A stretch of 64,000 nt of DNA from positions 755,329-819,328 of the forward strand of contig CAVYBB010000002.1 of assembly GCA_963766655.1 (NCBI GenBank), in the 5' to 3' direction. This document shows, one piece after another, positions 1-9,375 of this stretch; positions within the stretch are counted from its first letter, which is position 1, and the number at the start of each line of letters is the position of its first letter. The notes under the pieces are model-generated. The model was not told where the DNA came from, did not search any database, and saw only the letters and a list, made by a program, of their open reading frames with translations. Both the position numbers and the translations under genes were made by a program. The stretch comes from an uncultured Chloroflexia bacterium. GTDB lineage: Bacteria; Chloroflexota; Limnocylindria; Limnocylindrales; CSP1-4.

Positions 1-84
1 CTGTCGTACGTCCGCGACGCCGACGGCAACCGATCGGTGACCGGGACGTTCAGGGGCTCGAAGGTCGCGGTTCCGGCGCACTAG
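1..84 (+). CDS. 3' end of an unidentified CDS (partial, runs off the window)
   Basis: Frame 1 is open from the window edge (LSYVRDADGNRSVTGTFRGSKVAVPAH) and ends at TAG 82-84. No family is recognisable from 27 residues. Confidence 0.25.
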   Translation: MSYVRDADGNRSVTGTFRGSKVAVPAH

Positions 85-170
85 GGGGGCCCGCCCAGCC
101 GCCCCGCGCCGCCGCCGCGCCGCCCCGCCGCCCCGCGCGCCCAGACCCGCCAGATTCAATCGCCTGCACC

Positions 171-297
171 GCTGATGCCGTTGGTTGCATCAGCCGGCTC
201 GCGGGGGCGGTCGCGAGCACCGGCTCCGGCGAACACAGGCCCTCGCGGGGGCCGTCGCGAACACGGGCCGCCGCGAAATATGCAGCCAACGGCATCG
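171..297. repeat. Hairpin plus inverted-repeat pair and duplicated 23-nt hairpin unit
   Basis: GCTGATGC-cgttggtt-GCATCAGC forms a hairpin at 171-194. GATGCCGTTGGTTGCA (174-189) recurs inverted as TGCAGCCAACGGCATC (281-296). Direct repeats CTCGCGGGGGCGGTCGCGAGCAC (198-220) and CTCGCGGGGGCCGTCGCGAACAC (242-264) lie between them. Confidence 0.6.
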
Positions 298-311
298 CCA
301 AGGGGGGCGAT

Positions 312-399
312 GAATTGACGCGGGGCGGTGGATTGACGCGGGGCGCTGGATTGCCGCGGGGCGCTGGATTGTCGCGGGGCGCTGGATTGCCGCGGGGGC
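312..399. repeat. 18-bp tandem repeat, about 5 units (GGATTGNCGCGGGGCGCT)
   Basis: Head-to-tail units read directly at 312-329, 330-347, 348-365, 366-383 and 384-399. The array lies just 3' of the ccsA stop (419-421, minus strand). Confidence 0.85.
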
Positions 400-418
400 G
401 ATGAGCCGCGCGCCGCGC

Positions 419-1359
419 CTACAGGCCGCTGTACGAGTGGAGGCCGTTGAACCAGAGCGATCCGGAATAGGTCACGATCACCATCCCGAACGCGACCACG
501 AGCAGCAGCGCCGCCGGCCGGCCTGACCACGCTCGCTGGTTGCGGGCGTGGAGGTAGACGGCGTAGATCAGCCACGTCACGAGCGCAGCGGTCTCCTTCG
601 GGTCCCAGCCCCAGTAGCGCGACCAGGCGATCGAGGCCCACCACGAGCCCGAGGATGATCATCGTCGCGAAGATCGGGAAGCCGAAGATGACCGATCGGT
701 AGGCGACCTCGTCGAGGACCTTGTGCGACGGCAGCCATCGGAAGCGGTCGTCGCGGCCCTGGACGAGATAGGCGACCCCCGCCCCGAAGCTGGTCGCGAA
801 GGTCCCGTACGAGATCACCGCCATCCCGACGTGGATCGTCAGCAGCGGCGCGTTCTGGAGGGCCGGCACCAGGTCGTTGATGCCCGACGGAAGGCTCGAC
901 GCGTACAGGAGCATCGCGAGCGAGATGCCGACCGGGATGAAGCCGATCGAGCGGATCGGGTAGCGGCGCTGCAGGACGAGATAGCCGCCGACGATCGAGG
1001 TCCCGAAGGCGACCGTGAACTCGAACATGTTGCCCCACGGCCCGCGCCCGACGACGATCGCCGCGCAGGATCAGCGACGCGAGAAGCACGCCGAAGCCGA
1101 TCGCGGTGAGGCCGACGGCCGCGCGACCGAGCGGGGTGGGGGAGCCGGCGAGATCGGGTCCCGCGACGGCGGCCGACGTGCGGCTCTCCGCGAAGGCGCC
1201 GGTGACGACGCCGGCCCAGGCCGGCTGGCGGTTCGGGGACGAGGGCGGGAGCGATCGGCGGCCGTTCGCCAGCATGACCGCGTGCCCGATGTGGGCGGCG
1301 AACCCGAGGGCGATCGCGATCGTCCCGATCGGGAAGAGGAGCTGTGAGATCTGTGCCAT
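419..1359 (-). pseudogene. ccsA: Cytochrome c biogenesis protein CcsA/ResC (system II), interrupted by two frame changes
   Basis: Three minus-strand frames together give a full-length protein: MAQISQLLFPIGTIAIALGF...LASLILR / AAIVVGRGPWGNMFEFTVAFG...WLPSHKVLDEVAYRSVIFGFPIFATMIILG / SWWASIAWSRYWGWDPKETAALVTWLIYAVYLHARN...HSYSGL-stop. The Trp-rich WGxxWxWDPKE heme-handling motif is present. Frame changes lie near 650 and 1060. Confidence 0.8.
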
Positions 1360-1377
1360 CGGTCGCGGTCCCCGCAG

Positions 1378-1858
1378 TCAGGCGACAGCCGCACCGCCCG
1401 GAGGCGGCCGGTCGGTGGCGATGATGAGGGCGCGCGGCTCCATGCTCAGGATCAGGCCGCAGTTGCCGCATGCCGCGATACTCGCCTCGCGGACGAGGTC
1501 GCATTTCGGGCAGCGCAGGGAGAGCGGTGTCTTGTCGCGCTCGCAGCGGATCGTCCCGAAAGCGAAGACGAGGCCGTCGTTCGGGCAGTAGGGCTCGCCG
1601 GCCGGAAAGATCGGCTCGCCGAGGTGGTTGAGCGGCGCGGCGCGGGCGCCCTCCTCGTAGCTGACCGTCGTTCGCGGCTTCGTGACGCCGTAGCCGAGCC
1701 AGGCCATCAGGATCAGCGACAGGAGTCGGCCCGACGATTCCGATCAGCAGGAAAACCGGCAGCAGGGCGATGATGCCGGGCCAGTCGGGGATGATCAGCG
1801 TCGAGAGGAATCCGAGGAAATCGGTCCAGAACTTCCCGATCTGGTCGATGATCGTCAC
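1378..1858 (-). pseudogene. Small membrane protein with C-terminal zinc-ribbon, one frame change
   Basis: MTIIDQIGKFWTDFLGFLSTLIIPDWPGIIALLPVFLLIGIVGP continues, after a shift near 1715, as LLSLILMAWLGYGVTKPR...CPNDG...RCPKCDLV...CGNCGL. It has two hydrophobic helices followed by Cys pairs. Confidence 0.5.
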
Positions 1859-1883
1859 GGCTGCATTCTAGCCACGGTTCGCG

Positions 1884-2483
1884 TCAGGGGGTCGCGCCGC
1901 GTGGACGGCGCTTGGGGTTGCCGCGCTTCGTCGTCGCGCCGCGACCGGGGCTCCATCTCGGTTCCCGGTCCTCGTCCGTCTCCTCGCCCGGCTGCTGCTG
2001 GGCGATCCGCGGCGGCGTCGGCGGGCGGCGGTTGCCGGCGCTGGGGCTCGACAGCCTCGGGCGCTCGAGCCGGCCGATGAGCCAGGCCGATCCGACCGTC
2101 CGCGCGCCGCGCCGGCGGAGGGCGAACCGGAGGTCGCGGTCGTCGGTGACGACGAGTATCGCGTCGGTGGTCGTGGACGACTCCGAGGCCATCGCCGCGT
2201 CCTCGACCAGCGTCACGAGGATCGTGTCGGCCGTGTAGCGGCCGCTGTACTGGACGGTCAGGCCGCCCGCGATCCGCTCGCCCCGGATCCCGCGCTCCGG
2301 CGCGCCATCGAAGACGAGCGTGATCGTCGTCGTCGGCGGGATCATGCCGCGCAACCGGCCGATCAGCGCAGCCGGCGGCTGGCGGTCCGGGCCCCGGGAC
2401 ATCGCATGGAGCAGGTTCGTGCCGTCGACGAGCAGCCGGGTGACGCCGATGAGCGGATCGCGGCGGGAGACGGGTCGGGTCAC
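1884..2483 (-). CDS. NYN/YacP-like PIN-fold RNA-binding protein
   Basis: The N-terminal LLVDGTNLLH...ITLVFDG...ILVVTDDRDL pattern is typical of YacP/NYN ribonuclease-like proteins. The C-terminal tail is basic. Confidence 0.65.
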   Translation of the reverse strand: MTRPVSRRDPLIGVTRLLVDGTNLLHAMSRGPDRQPPAALIGRLRGMIPPTTTITLVFDGAPERGIRGERIAGGLTVQYSGRYTADTILVTLVEDAAMASESSTTTDAILVVTDDRDLRFALRRRGARTVGSAWLIGRLERPRLSSPSAGNRRPPTPPRIAQQQPGEETDEDREPRWSPGRGATTKRGNPKRRPRGATP

Positions 2484-2503
2484 GGAGCCATCGTACGGCT
2501 ACG

Positions 2504-3379
2504 ATGGCGCTCCCGATGGCAACCAACCCGACCGGCCTTCTCCTGCTCGTCGATCTCGACGGAGTCGTCTATCGCGGCGCGGACCCCGTGCCCGGAGTGG
2601 CGGCGGTGCTCGCGGCGCGGGCGGCGCTCGGCGACGACGTCGTCTACGTGACGAACAACTCAATGTGGTACCGCGCGGACTACGTGACGCGGTTGGCGGC
2701 GATGGGCGCGCCGGTCACCGCCGATCGTGTCGTCTCGTCGTCGCGGGCGACGGCGCTCTACCTCGTCGACCACGAGCCGAGCGTCAGGCGCGTCCTCGCC
2801 ATCGGTGCGGGCGGCCTCGATCGCGAGCTGCGGGACGCCGGTTTCGAGGTCGTGACCGCTGCTCACGCCGCGACGCTCGTCAGCCGCGACGGCATCGACT
2901 CGTGGACGGCGGCGGGCGCCCCGGACGCGGTGATCGTCGGGCTCGACCCGCAGCTCACCTACATGCGGATCGCGGTCGCCGCCGACTGCATCCGCGCCGG
3001 TGCCCGCTTCATCGCGACGAACCGCGATCCCGTCTACCCGACAGAGCGCGGCCTCCGACCCGGGGCCGGCAGCGTCGTCGCCGCGATCGAGGCGACGACG
3101 GGCGTCACGCCGGTCGCGATCGGCAAGCCGGAGCCGTATCTGCTCGAAGAAGCGGCGCGGGCCGTCGGGCGCGAGGCACGCGAGGCGGTGATGATCGGGG
3201 ACGGTCTCGGCACCGACATCGCGGCGGCTCGTGCGGTGGGTGCCCGAAGCGTCCTGATGATGACCGGGGTCTCGACGGCAGCCGATCTCGACGCCCTGCC
3301 GGCCGACCGGCGCCCGACCGAAGTCGCGTCGAACGCCGACGAGCTCGCGGCCGCGCTGGAGCGCCTCGCTCGCGCCTGA
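2504..3379 (+). CDS. HAD-superfamily hydrolase, subfamily IIA (NagD-like phosphatase)
   Basis: Contains LLLLVDLDGVVYRG (DxD motif), VVYVTNNS, GKPEP and MIGDGLGTDIAAA, the HAD-IIA signature blocks. Confidence 0.8.
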   Translation: MALPMATNPTGLLLLVDLDGVVYRGADPVPGVAAVLAARAALGDDVVYVTNNSMWYRADYVTRLAAMGAPVTADRVVSSSRATALYLVDHEPSVRRVLAIGAGGLDRELRDAGFEVVTAAHAATLVSRDGIDSWTAAGAPDAVIVGLDPQLTYMRIAVAADCIRAGARFIATNRDPVYPTERGLRPGAGSVVAAIEATTGVTPVAIGKPEPYLLEEAARAVGREAREAVMIGDGLGTDIAAARAVGARSVLMMTGVSTAADLDALPADRRPTEVASNADELAAALERLARA

Positions 3380-3382
3380 GCC

Positions 3383-4243
3383 CTAGCCGCGGCGGGCGAC
3401 GACCGAGTACGACAGCGGGATGCGGCCGCGCTCCTCCGGCAGGACGTCGCCGTGGCCGCCCCACCAGTCGGTCGAGTGCTCGCCGACCCGCTCGATGCGG
3501 AGGCCGGCCCCGGCGAGCGCCGTCAGCACCTCGCCGAGCGTCCACGATCGGGCGAACTTCCATGCCTGGTCGGGCTCGGGGATAGACAGGCGGTCGATGT
3601 ACTCGGGCGCCCAGCCCTTCGACGCCTCCGGCCCGGCGAAGTAGTCGTAGTCGGTCGCGATCCAGTGGCCGTCCTCGTCGGCGTCGAACAGCCACTCGAT
3701 CGGGTGACCCTCGAACAGGACGAGGCGGCCGGCGGGTGCGAGCAGCCGATGCAGGACGGCGGCCCAGGCGTCGAGGTCCTGCAGCCAGACGAGCGATCCG
3801 CGGCCCGTGTAGAGGAGATCGGCCGTGCCGTCGAGCTCGTGCGGGGTGTCGAGGACATCTCCCTCGATCCAGCGAGCCGGCGCCCCGACAGCCTCCGACA
3901 GCTGCCGGGCAAGAGCCAGCATCCGAGGGCTGAAATCGACCCCGACGACCTCGTCGGCGCCGAGATTCCAGATCGACAGCGTGTCCCGGCCACCGGCGCA
4001 CTGGAGGTGGATCGCCCTGTGGCAGCGGCCGTGGAGGTCGCCGATCGCCTGGAGTTCCGGCGGCAGGAGGTTCGTCCCGCCGCCGCGGATCAGCTCGATC
4101 GCCTCCGGCAGCCAGCGCTCGTAGCGCTCCGCTGCCTCGTCCCAGGCCGCCCGGTTCGAGGCGTGCATCGCCGCGACGTCGGCGCGCTCGGCGTCGGTCG
4201 CCGGCCGGACGAGGGCGGTGTCGTCGGGCCGGCTGGGTTCCAT
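3383..4243 (-). CDS. Class I SAM-dependent methyltransferase
   Basis: The real product is the C-terminal 286 aa of ORF 3383..5281, starting MEPSRPDD (ATG complement at 4241-4243). Contains HLQCAGGRDTLS (motif I) and VVGVDFSP. The upstream part of the ORF reads through a minisatellite. Confidence 0.75.
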   Translation of the reverse strand: MEPSRPDDTALVRPATDAERADVAAMHASNRAAWDEAAERYERWLPEAIELIRGGGTNLLPPELQAIGDLHGRCHRAIHLQCAGGRDTLSIWNLGADEVVGVDFSPRMLALARQLSEAVGAPARWIEGDVLDTPHELDGTADLLYTGRGSLVWLQDLDAWAAVLHRLLAPAGRLVLFEGHPIEWLFDADEDGHWIATDYDYFAGPEASKGWAPEYIDRLSIPEPDQAWKFARSWTLGEVLTALAGAGLRIERVGEHSTDWWGGHGDVLPEERGRIPLSYSVVARRG

Positions 4244-4466
4244 GTGCCGGAGTCTAGGGTGCGTCGACGATCTGTATTGCTCAGCGTGAGGTCGATGGAA
4301 TCGTCGTCGCGCTTCCGGCGAGGGTCGGCGGTCGTTTGCGCCGCTCCGTGGCTCGGGGCGCCGTTTGGCGCCCCGCTGGAGTCGGAGGGCCGGTCCCTCC
4401 TCGTCACGCAGGTCGTTCCGCTTACCTGGAACGATCCCGGGGTAGAGCTGCCCGGGTAGATAGTTC

Positions 4467-4498
4467 CGACCAAACGGAACGATCCGAGCGGTTGGTCG
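4467..4498. repeat. Intergenic hairpin CGACCAAACG-N12-CGGTTGGTCG
   Basis: A 10-nt stem (9/10 complementary) with loop GAACGATCCGAG. It shares the CCAAACG / GAGCGGTTGG core with the other intergenic palindromes. Confidence 0.5.
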
Positions 4499-4640
4499 AG
4501 AGTCTCGGGTGGATCCTGGCGCACGTCTGGGCGGCGCCAGATGGACGTGCGACCCGCCCAACGTCGATGAGCGGCGCTCGGACGCTCGACGCGAATCCGG
4601 CGCCATCGCACGATGCACTCCAGATTGGGGAGGGGGCGTC

Positions 4641-4829
4641 GAACCGGGGCGGGCCCGCGAACCGGGGCGGGCCCCTGAACCGCGGCGGGCGACCCTGAAC
4701 CGCGGCGGGCGGCCCTGAACCGCGGCGGGCGGCCCTGAACCGCGGCGCGGCCCTGAACCGCGGCGCGGCCCTGAACCGCGGCGCGGCCCCCGAACCGGGG
4801 CGGGCCCGCGAACCGGGGCGGGGCCCGAG
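4641..4829. repeat. 18-20 bp GC-rich minisatellite, about 10 units (GAACCGSGGCGSGSCCCY)
   Basis: Contiguous units were read directly. The outer units are GAACCGGGGCGGGCCC. The inner units are GAACCGCGGCGGGCGGCCCT (three) and GAACCGCGGCGCGGCCCT (three). The array lies just 3' of the add stop (4843). Confidence 0.9.
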
Positions 4830-4842
4830 ATAGGCGCCGCGC

Positions 4843-5955
4843 CTAACCGGCGCCCGGGCCGGCGAGCTCCGCCACTCCCGCGGCCCAGCCATCGAACTCC
4901 TCGCGGAGCGGCGCGAGGTCCGACGGCGAGGCGAACGCCACGTCGAGACCGCGTCGATCGATCGCCCAGAGCTCCGCCATCGTCAGCCCGATCCGCTCCA
5001 CGGCCCGGACGTACTCGTCGGTCAGCGTGATGTTGGAGACGGTCGCGTCGTCGGTCGACAGCGTGACCGGCACACCGGCCCGATGGAGCCGCGCCAGGGG
5101 ATGCTCCTCGAGCGAGGGGACGATCCCGGCCTGCACGTTCGAGGTCGGGCAGAGGTCGAGCGACACCCCCCGGGCGATCAACTCGCGGCAGAGCCCCGCG
5201 TCCTCGATCGCACCCGGGCCGTGGGCGATCCGTTCCGGGTCCAGCTCGAGGGCCCGGCGAACCTGTGCGGCGCCGCCCCACTCGCCGCCGTGGAGCGTGA
5301 TCCGCAACCCCCCTGCGCGCGCCGCCGCGAACGCCGCCGCGTGGATGAGCGGATCCGGGTACGCCTCCTCCGGCCCCGCGAGGTCCCAGCCGGTGAGGCC
5401 CTGGTCGACGAACCGTGCCGCGGTCTCGGCGAGCATGAGATTGGCGGCGGGCTCATGCGAGCGAAGGGCCGTCGCGATCAGGCGGACCTTAGTGCCGGTC
5501 CGTGCGGCGGCGTCGCGCGCCCCGCGACAGACGGCCTCGATCCCGTCCTCGAGCGACGTCCCACGCAGGACATGGAGCAGCGGCCCCCAGCGGATCTCGA
5601 CGTAGCGGACGTATTCGGCGGCCTTCGCCTCGACGAGCTCGCGGGCGATCCGTTCCAGGGCGTCGGCGTCCTGCATCAGCGCGATCGGCAGGTCGAAGGC
5701 ACGCAGCAACTCGGCCTGGTCGCGGCAGCGTTCCGGGGCGACGAGAGCCGCGCGCATCCCGTCCGTGGTCATCGGCGCCCCGACGTCCCGGGTTCGAGCG
5801 ATGTCGATGGCCGTATCGACCCGGATCGAGCCATCGAGGTGGAGATGCAGCTCGGACTTGGGCATCATTCCGATGAGGCGACGCTCGCCGGCGGACAGCG
5901 TGCGGGCGGGCGCACCCACCACGGCGCCGGTCGCGGACTCTTCGGTCTTGGCCAT
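4843..5955 (-). CDS. add: Adenosine deaminase
   Basis: Contains PKSELHLHLDGS (metal-binding HxH), HGGEWGG and TLSTDDATV (catalytic Asp pair). Length is 370 aa. Confidence 0.9.
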   Translation of the reverse strand: MAKTEESATGAVVGAPARTLSAGERRLIGMMPKSELHLHLDGSIRVDTAIDIARTRDVGAPMTTDGMRAALVAPERCRDQAELLRAFDLPIALMQDADALERIARELVEAKAAEYVRYVEIRWGPLLHVLRGTSLEDGIEAVCRGARDAAARTGTKVRLIATALRSHEPAANLMLAETAARFVDQGLTGWDLAGPEEAYPDPLIHAAAFAAARAGGLRITLHGGEWGGAAQVRRALELDPERIAHGPGAIEDAGLCRELIARGVSLDLCPTSNVQAGIVPSLEEHPLARLHRAGVPVTLSTDDATVSNITLTDEYVRAVERIGLTMAELWAIDRRGLDVAFASPSDLAPLREEFDGWAAGVAELAGPGAG

Positions 5956-5961
5956 GGGCCG

Positions 5962-6924
5962 ATGCTACGATGCCGGGCCATGAATGGGCAGGGCCGGCGC
6001 GTTGTGTTCACCGTCGCCTGGCTCGTCATCGCCGCGCTGCTATCGCTGGGTGCCGCCGGCATCGTCGGTGCGATGGCCCACCTGCCGGGGACGGCGTCCC
6101 GCGCGGAGCTCACCTACCCGGGCGACAAGGCGATCGAGCCCGGCCTCGCGGCCGCCGAGACGAGCCTGTCCGGCCTCGCCGGCGAGGTCCGCCAGCTGAG
6201 CGAGCTGGCTCGCGGTGCGCTCTCGGCGCTCGTTGCCCGCGACATCGACACGCTCACCGCATCAGTCGCCAAGGGCGGTGACCTGACGGTCACGATCGAC
6301 ACCCACGCAGACCGGCTTCGGGCGGAGCTCGGGGCCCTGCCCGGCATCGGCGCCGGGGAGGAGCTCGTGCTCTCGAGCGAGTCACGCGAACGCCAGGCAC
6401 GGGCGCTGAGCGCGCTCGACGCGACGAACGGCCTGGCGGTCGCCTGGTCGCGCCTCGCGAGCGGGTCCGTCGCAGCGACGCGGATGACGGTCCTGTTGGA
6501 GGACCACGACACCTCGACCGCGGCGGCCGCCGCTCTCGGCCAGCAGGGGAAGTACACCGAAGCCCTGGACGGCCTGACCAAGTCGGACACCATGATCGCC
6601 GACGCCCGTGCCCTCCGCGACGAGCTGGGCGCCGGCGGCGTCGACGTCTCGACGCTCACCCAGTGGCTCGATCTCAACGCGCAATACGACGCGGCGCTCC
6701 GTCGCCTCTACATCGCGGTCGTGGCCTCGAAGGGGACCCCGACCCCCGAGGTCCGCGCCGCCTTCGACGCGGAAGGCGCTGCCCGCGCCAAGCTCCCGAC
6801 CGATACCCGGGCCCTTGTCGTCATCCTGGCCGAGATCGGCCGGGGCGGGCTCAACCAGGCGGTCATCGGGATCGAGGAAGCGCGCGGCAAGCTGGACGCG
6901 ATCGTCGGGCTGCTCGCCCCCTGA
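5962..6924 (+). CDS. Hypothetical N-terminally membrane-anchored, Ala/Leu-rich helical protein
   Basis: This is the downstream part of ORF 5083..6924. A TM helix (VVFTVAWLVIAALLSLGAAGIVGAM) is followed by predicted coiled/helical sequence. The start could be 5962 or 5980. No family was recognised. Confidence 0.5.
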   Translation: MLRCRAMNGQGRRVVFTVAWLVIAALLSLGAAGIVGAMAHLPGTASRAELTYPGDKAIEPGLAAAETSLSGLAGEVRQLSELARGALSALVARDIDTLTASVAKGGDLTVTIDTHADRLRAELGALPGIGAGEELVLSSESRERQARALSALDATNGLAVAWSRLASGSVAATRMTVLLEDHDTSTAAAAALGQQGKYTEALDGLTKSDTMIADARALRDELGAGGVDVSTLTQWLDLNAQYDAALRRLYIAVVASKGTPTPEVRAAFDAEGAARAKLPTDTRALVVILAEIGRGGLNQAVIGIEEARGKLDAIVGLLAP

Positions 6925-6981
6925 CCGCCTCGCGACGACCCGGTCGCGACGTACACTGGGGCCAACGATCCAACGGCGCCC

Positions 6982-8529
6982 GTGCGGCGTCCCGCATCCC
7001 GCGAAAGGTTGTTCCCAGTGCAGCTGCGTGTCGTCACCGATCAGCCGTGGGCCGTCAAGGCCGACGTCCTCGCGGTCCCGATTGTCGGCGAGCCGGCCTT
7101 CGATGGGCCATTGGGCGAGCTCGACAAGCGGACGGGCGGCGAACTGCACGCCCTTGCCGAATTCGGCGAGTTGCGCGGCAAGCGCTACTCGACGTCGGTC
7201 GCCGCCTCGGGCGAGGTGGCGGCGGGACGCGTCCTGACGATGAGCGCGGGTGAAGCCGACGCACTCGACCGCGAGACGGTCGTCCACATCGGCGCCGCCG
7301 TCCAGCATCGGCTCGACGGCCGCCACGCGAGCACGCTCGCCATCTGGCTGAGCCCCCTGGCGGCACTCCTCGACGGCGGCGTCGACGCGGTCGCGGAGCT
7401 GATCGCCCGTGGCGTCGTCGAGGGCAGCTTCGACCCGAAGTCCCTCTATCGCAACGACACCGAATCGGCGTCGCCCGCCCTCGATGAGCTGATCCTCGTC
7501 GCCCCCGGCGCCGACGTCGCGTCGGTATCCCGGGCCGCGGAGCGCGGGATCATCATGGGCGAAGGCGCGAACCACGCGAAGTCCCTCTCGAACCGCGCCG
7601 CCAACGACATCACGCCGGAGGTGCTCGCGGACGAAGCCCGCGCCGTCGCCGACAAGTACGGCCTGTGGATCGACGTGATCGAGCCCGACCGGGCCCGCGA
7701 GTACGGGATGGGGATGTTCCTCGCCGTCGGCCAGGGGAGCGATAACCCGCCGCAGATGATCGTCATGCGCTCCGGCGACAAGGGTGAGCGCGACGCGCTC
7801 GATCGGCACCTCGCGATCGTCGGCAAGGGCGTCTGCTTCGACTCGGGCGGGATCAGCATCAAGCCATCCGACCGGATGGAAGAGATGAAGATGGACAAGA
7901 TCGGCGCGTGCACGGTCATCGCCGCGATCGGCACCGTCGCCCGTCTCGCACCGGGCACGCCGCTGCTGGCCGTCGCCGCCGCGGTCGAGAACATGCCCGG
8001 CAGCCACTCCACCCGGCCGGGCGACGTGGTCCGCGCCCTGAACGGCAAGTGGGTCGACATCACGAACACCGACGCCGAGGGCCGCCTGATCCTCGGCGAT
8101 GCGATGACCTACGCGGAGCAGCTCGGCGCGACCCACATCGTCGACGTCGCGACGCTGACGGGCGCCGTGTCCAGGGCATTCGGCCACCTGGTCACGGGCG
8201 CCTTCGGCACGCCCCAGGACTGGTACGACCAGGTCGCCGCGGCCGCCGATCGAGCCGGGGAGCGCTACTGGCAGATCCCGCTGATCGACGACTACGTCCC
8301 CGACATGGAGAGCTGGTACGGCGATCTTCAGAACTCCGGCTCCGCCGAGGGCTCGCTCGTGAAGAGCGGCCTCTTCCTGCGCGAGTTCCGGACCGTGCCG
8401 TGGGCCCATCTCGACATCGGCGGCACGGGCTACTTCCGCAAGGCCATGCCCTACGCCGCGCGGGGCGCAACGGGCGTGACCCACGCCACGCTCGTCGAGC
8501 TCGCGCTCGCCGGGGCGCGCAAGGCGTAA
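6982..8529 (+). CDS. pepA: Leucyl aminopeptidase (M17)
   Basis: Contains VGKGVCFDSGGISIK, NTDAEGRLILGDA and the M17 C-terminal catalytic domain. The true start may be GTG 7018. Confidence 0.9.
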   Translation: MRRPASRERLFPVQLRVVTDQPWAVKADVLAVPIVGEPAFDGPLGELDKRTGGELHALAEFGELRGKRYSTSVAASGEVAAGRVLTMSAGEADALDRETVVHIGAAVQHRLDGRHASTLAIWLSPLAALLDGGVDAVAELIARGVVEGSFDPKSLYRNDTESASPALDELILVAPGADVASVSRAAERGIIMGEGANHAKSLSNRAANDITPEVLADEARAVADKYGLWIDVIEPDRAREYGMGMFLAVGQGSDNPPQMIVMRSGDKGERDALDRHLAIVGKGVCFDSGGISIKPSDRMEEMKMDKIGACTVIAAIGTVARLAPGTPLLAVAAAVENMPGSHSTRPGDVVRALNGKWVDITNTDAEGRLILGDAMTYAEQLGATHIVDVATLTGAVSRAFGHLVTGAFGTPQDWYDQVAAAADRAGERYWQIPLIDDYVPDMESWYGDLQNSGSAEGSLVKSGLFLREFRTVPWAHLDIGGTGYFRKAMPYAARGATGVTHATLVELALAGARKA

Positions 8530-8556
8530 CCCGCCGATGACGCCCGGCACCCGCCG

Positions 8557-9198
8557 ATGACGCCGCTCGCGCTCGGGTTCGGCGCCGTCGGGGTCGTCTT
8601 CGGGGTCATCGCCGACCGCCTCTCGACGCGCTGGCCGGAGCACGACGCCGAGGCGCCTGCCGGCCGGCCGATCGGCTGGCGGACGGCGGTCTGCGCGGGA
8701 TTCGGGGCGCTCGCGTTCACGGTCCTCGCGGCGCGCATCCCGGGCGACCAGCTCGCGATGGCGCTGTTCGGTGCGTGGTTCGCGACGCTGATCCTCGGGA
8801 TGGCCACCGACCTCGACCAGCGCCTCCTGCCGAACCTGCTGACCCTGCCCGTGATCCCCGTTGCCCTGGTCTTCGCCGCCAGCGGCCGCAACCCGCTCGT
8901 GGGGACGGACCTGGTCCCCGCGCTGATCGTGGCGACGGTCGTGCCGCTCGTCCTCTACCTGCTGTCGATCCCGTTCGGCGCGGGGGCGTTCGGGATCGGC
9001 GATGCCAAGCTGCTCGTCGGTGTGGGGCTGATGACCGGTGGGATCCGCGCGTTCACCGGGCTCGTCTCGGGGCTCGTCGCGGCGGGCGCCGTCCTCGCGG
9101 TCCTTCTCGTCCTGCATCGGGTGACGATGAAGTCGTACGTCCCGTACGGACCGTTCCTCATCTTCGGGGCGATCTGGGGGATCGTCGTCACGCGCTGA
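8557..9198 (+). CDS. A24-family prepilin peptidase-like membrane aspartyl protease
   Basis: Polytopic membrane protein with the two Asp motifs (GMATDLDQRLLPN and FGIGDAKLL). Confidence 0.75.
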   Translation: MTPLALGFGAVGVVFGVIADRLSTRWPEHDAEAPAGRPIGWRTAVCAGFGALAFTVLAARIPGDQLAMALFGAWFATLILGMATDLDQRLLPNLLTLPVIPVALVFAASGRNPLVGTDLVPALIVATVVPLVLYLLSIPFGAGAFGIGDAKLLVGVGLMTGGIRAFTGLVSGLVAAGAVLAVLLVLHRVTMKSYVPYGPFLIFGAIWGIVVTR

Positions 9199-9249
9199 CG
9201 GCGTGTCTGGGGCATCAGGATGGGGGCCTCGGGACGATCGTACGGTTGC

Positions 9250-9375
9250 CCGTGCACGATTGACGGCCGTAGGCTGGACATCTCGGGGTATGATCCCGCT
9301 AAGCCGGCGTCGTCCTGAGAGGGTGCCCATTTCGGGGCGGCGAGCTCACCGGCGGGCGTAACAGCCAAGCCGCGC
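9250..9375 (+). promoter_or_regulatory. Candidate structured 5' leader (ydaO / c-di-AMP-riboswitch-like) of the M23 peptidase gene
   Basis: A 180-nt non-coding gap contains CGGGGTATGATCCCGCTAAGCC ... GAGAGGGTGCCCA ... CGGGGCGGCGAGC ... CGGGCGTAACAGCC. These loosely resemble the pseudo-symmetric ydaO blocks (GGGGnCCCA, CGGGGnGAAUCC, CCCGCnAGCUAACC). ydaO elements commonly precede cell-wall hydrolase genes. This was judged by eye and not verified with a covariance model. Confidence 0.3.

Noticed and set aside
4641-4829. CRISPR array (also considered for 29700-30375 and 312-399)
   Set aside because: The repeat units abut one another with no unique spacers. Units are 16-22 bp, and no cas genes are in the window.
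4244-5281. N-terminal 346-aa extension of ORF 3383..5281
   Set aside because: It reads through the minisatellite and overlaps add in another frame. The methyltransferase homology begins at MEPSRPDD (4243).
6382-9330. 982-aa ORF on the minus strand
   Set aside because: It is antisense to pepA and the A24 peptidase gene, which have clear family motifs. Its translation is Arg/Asp/Gly/Pro-dominated with no motifs, the usual shadow ORF in very GC-rich DNA.
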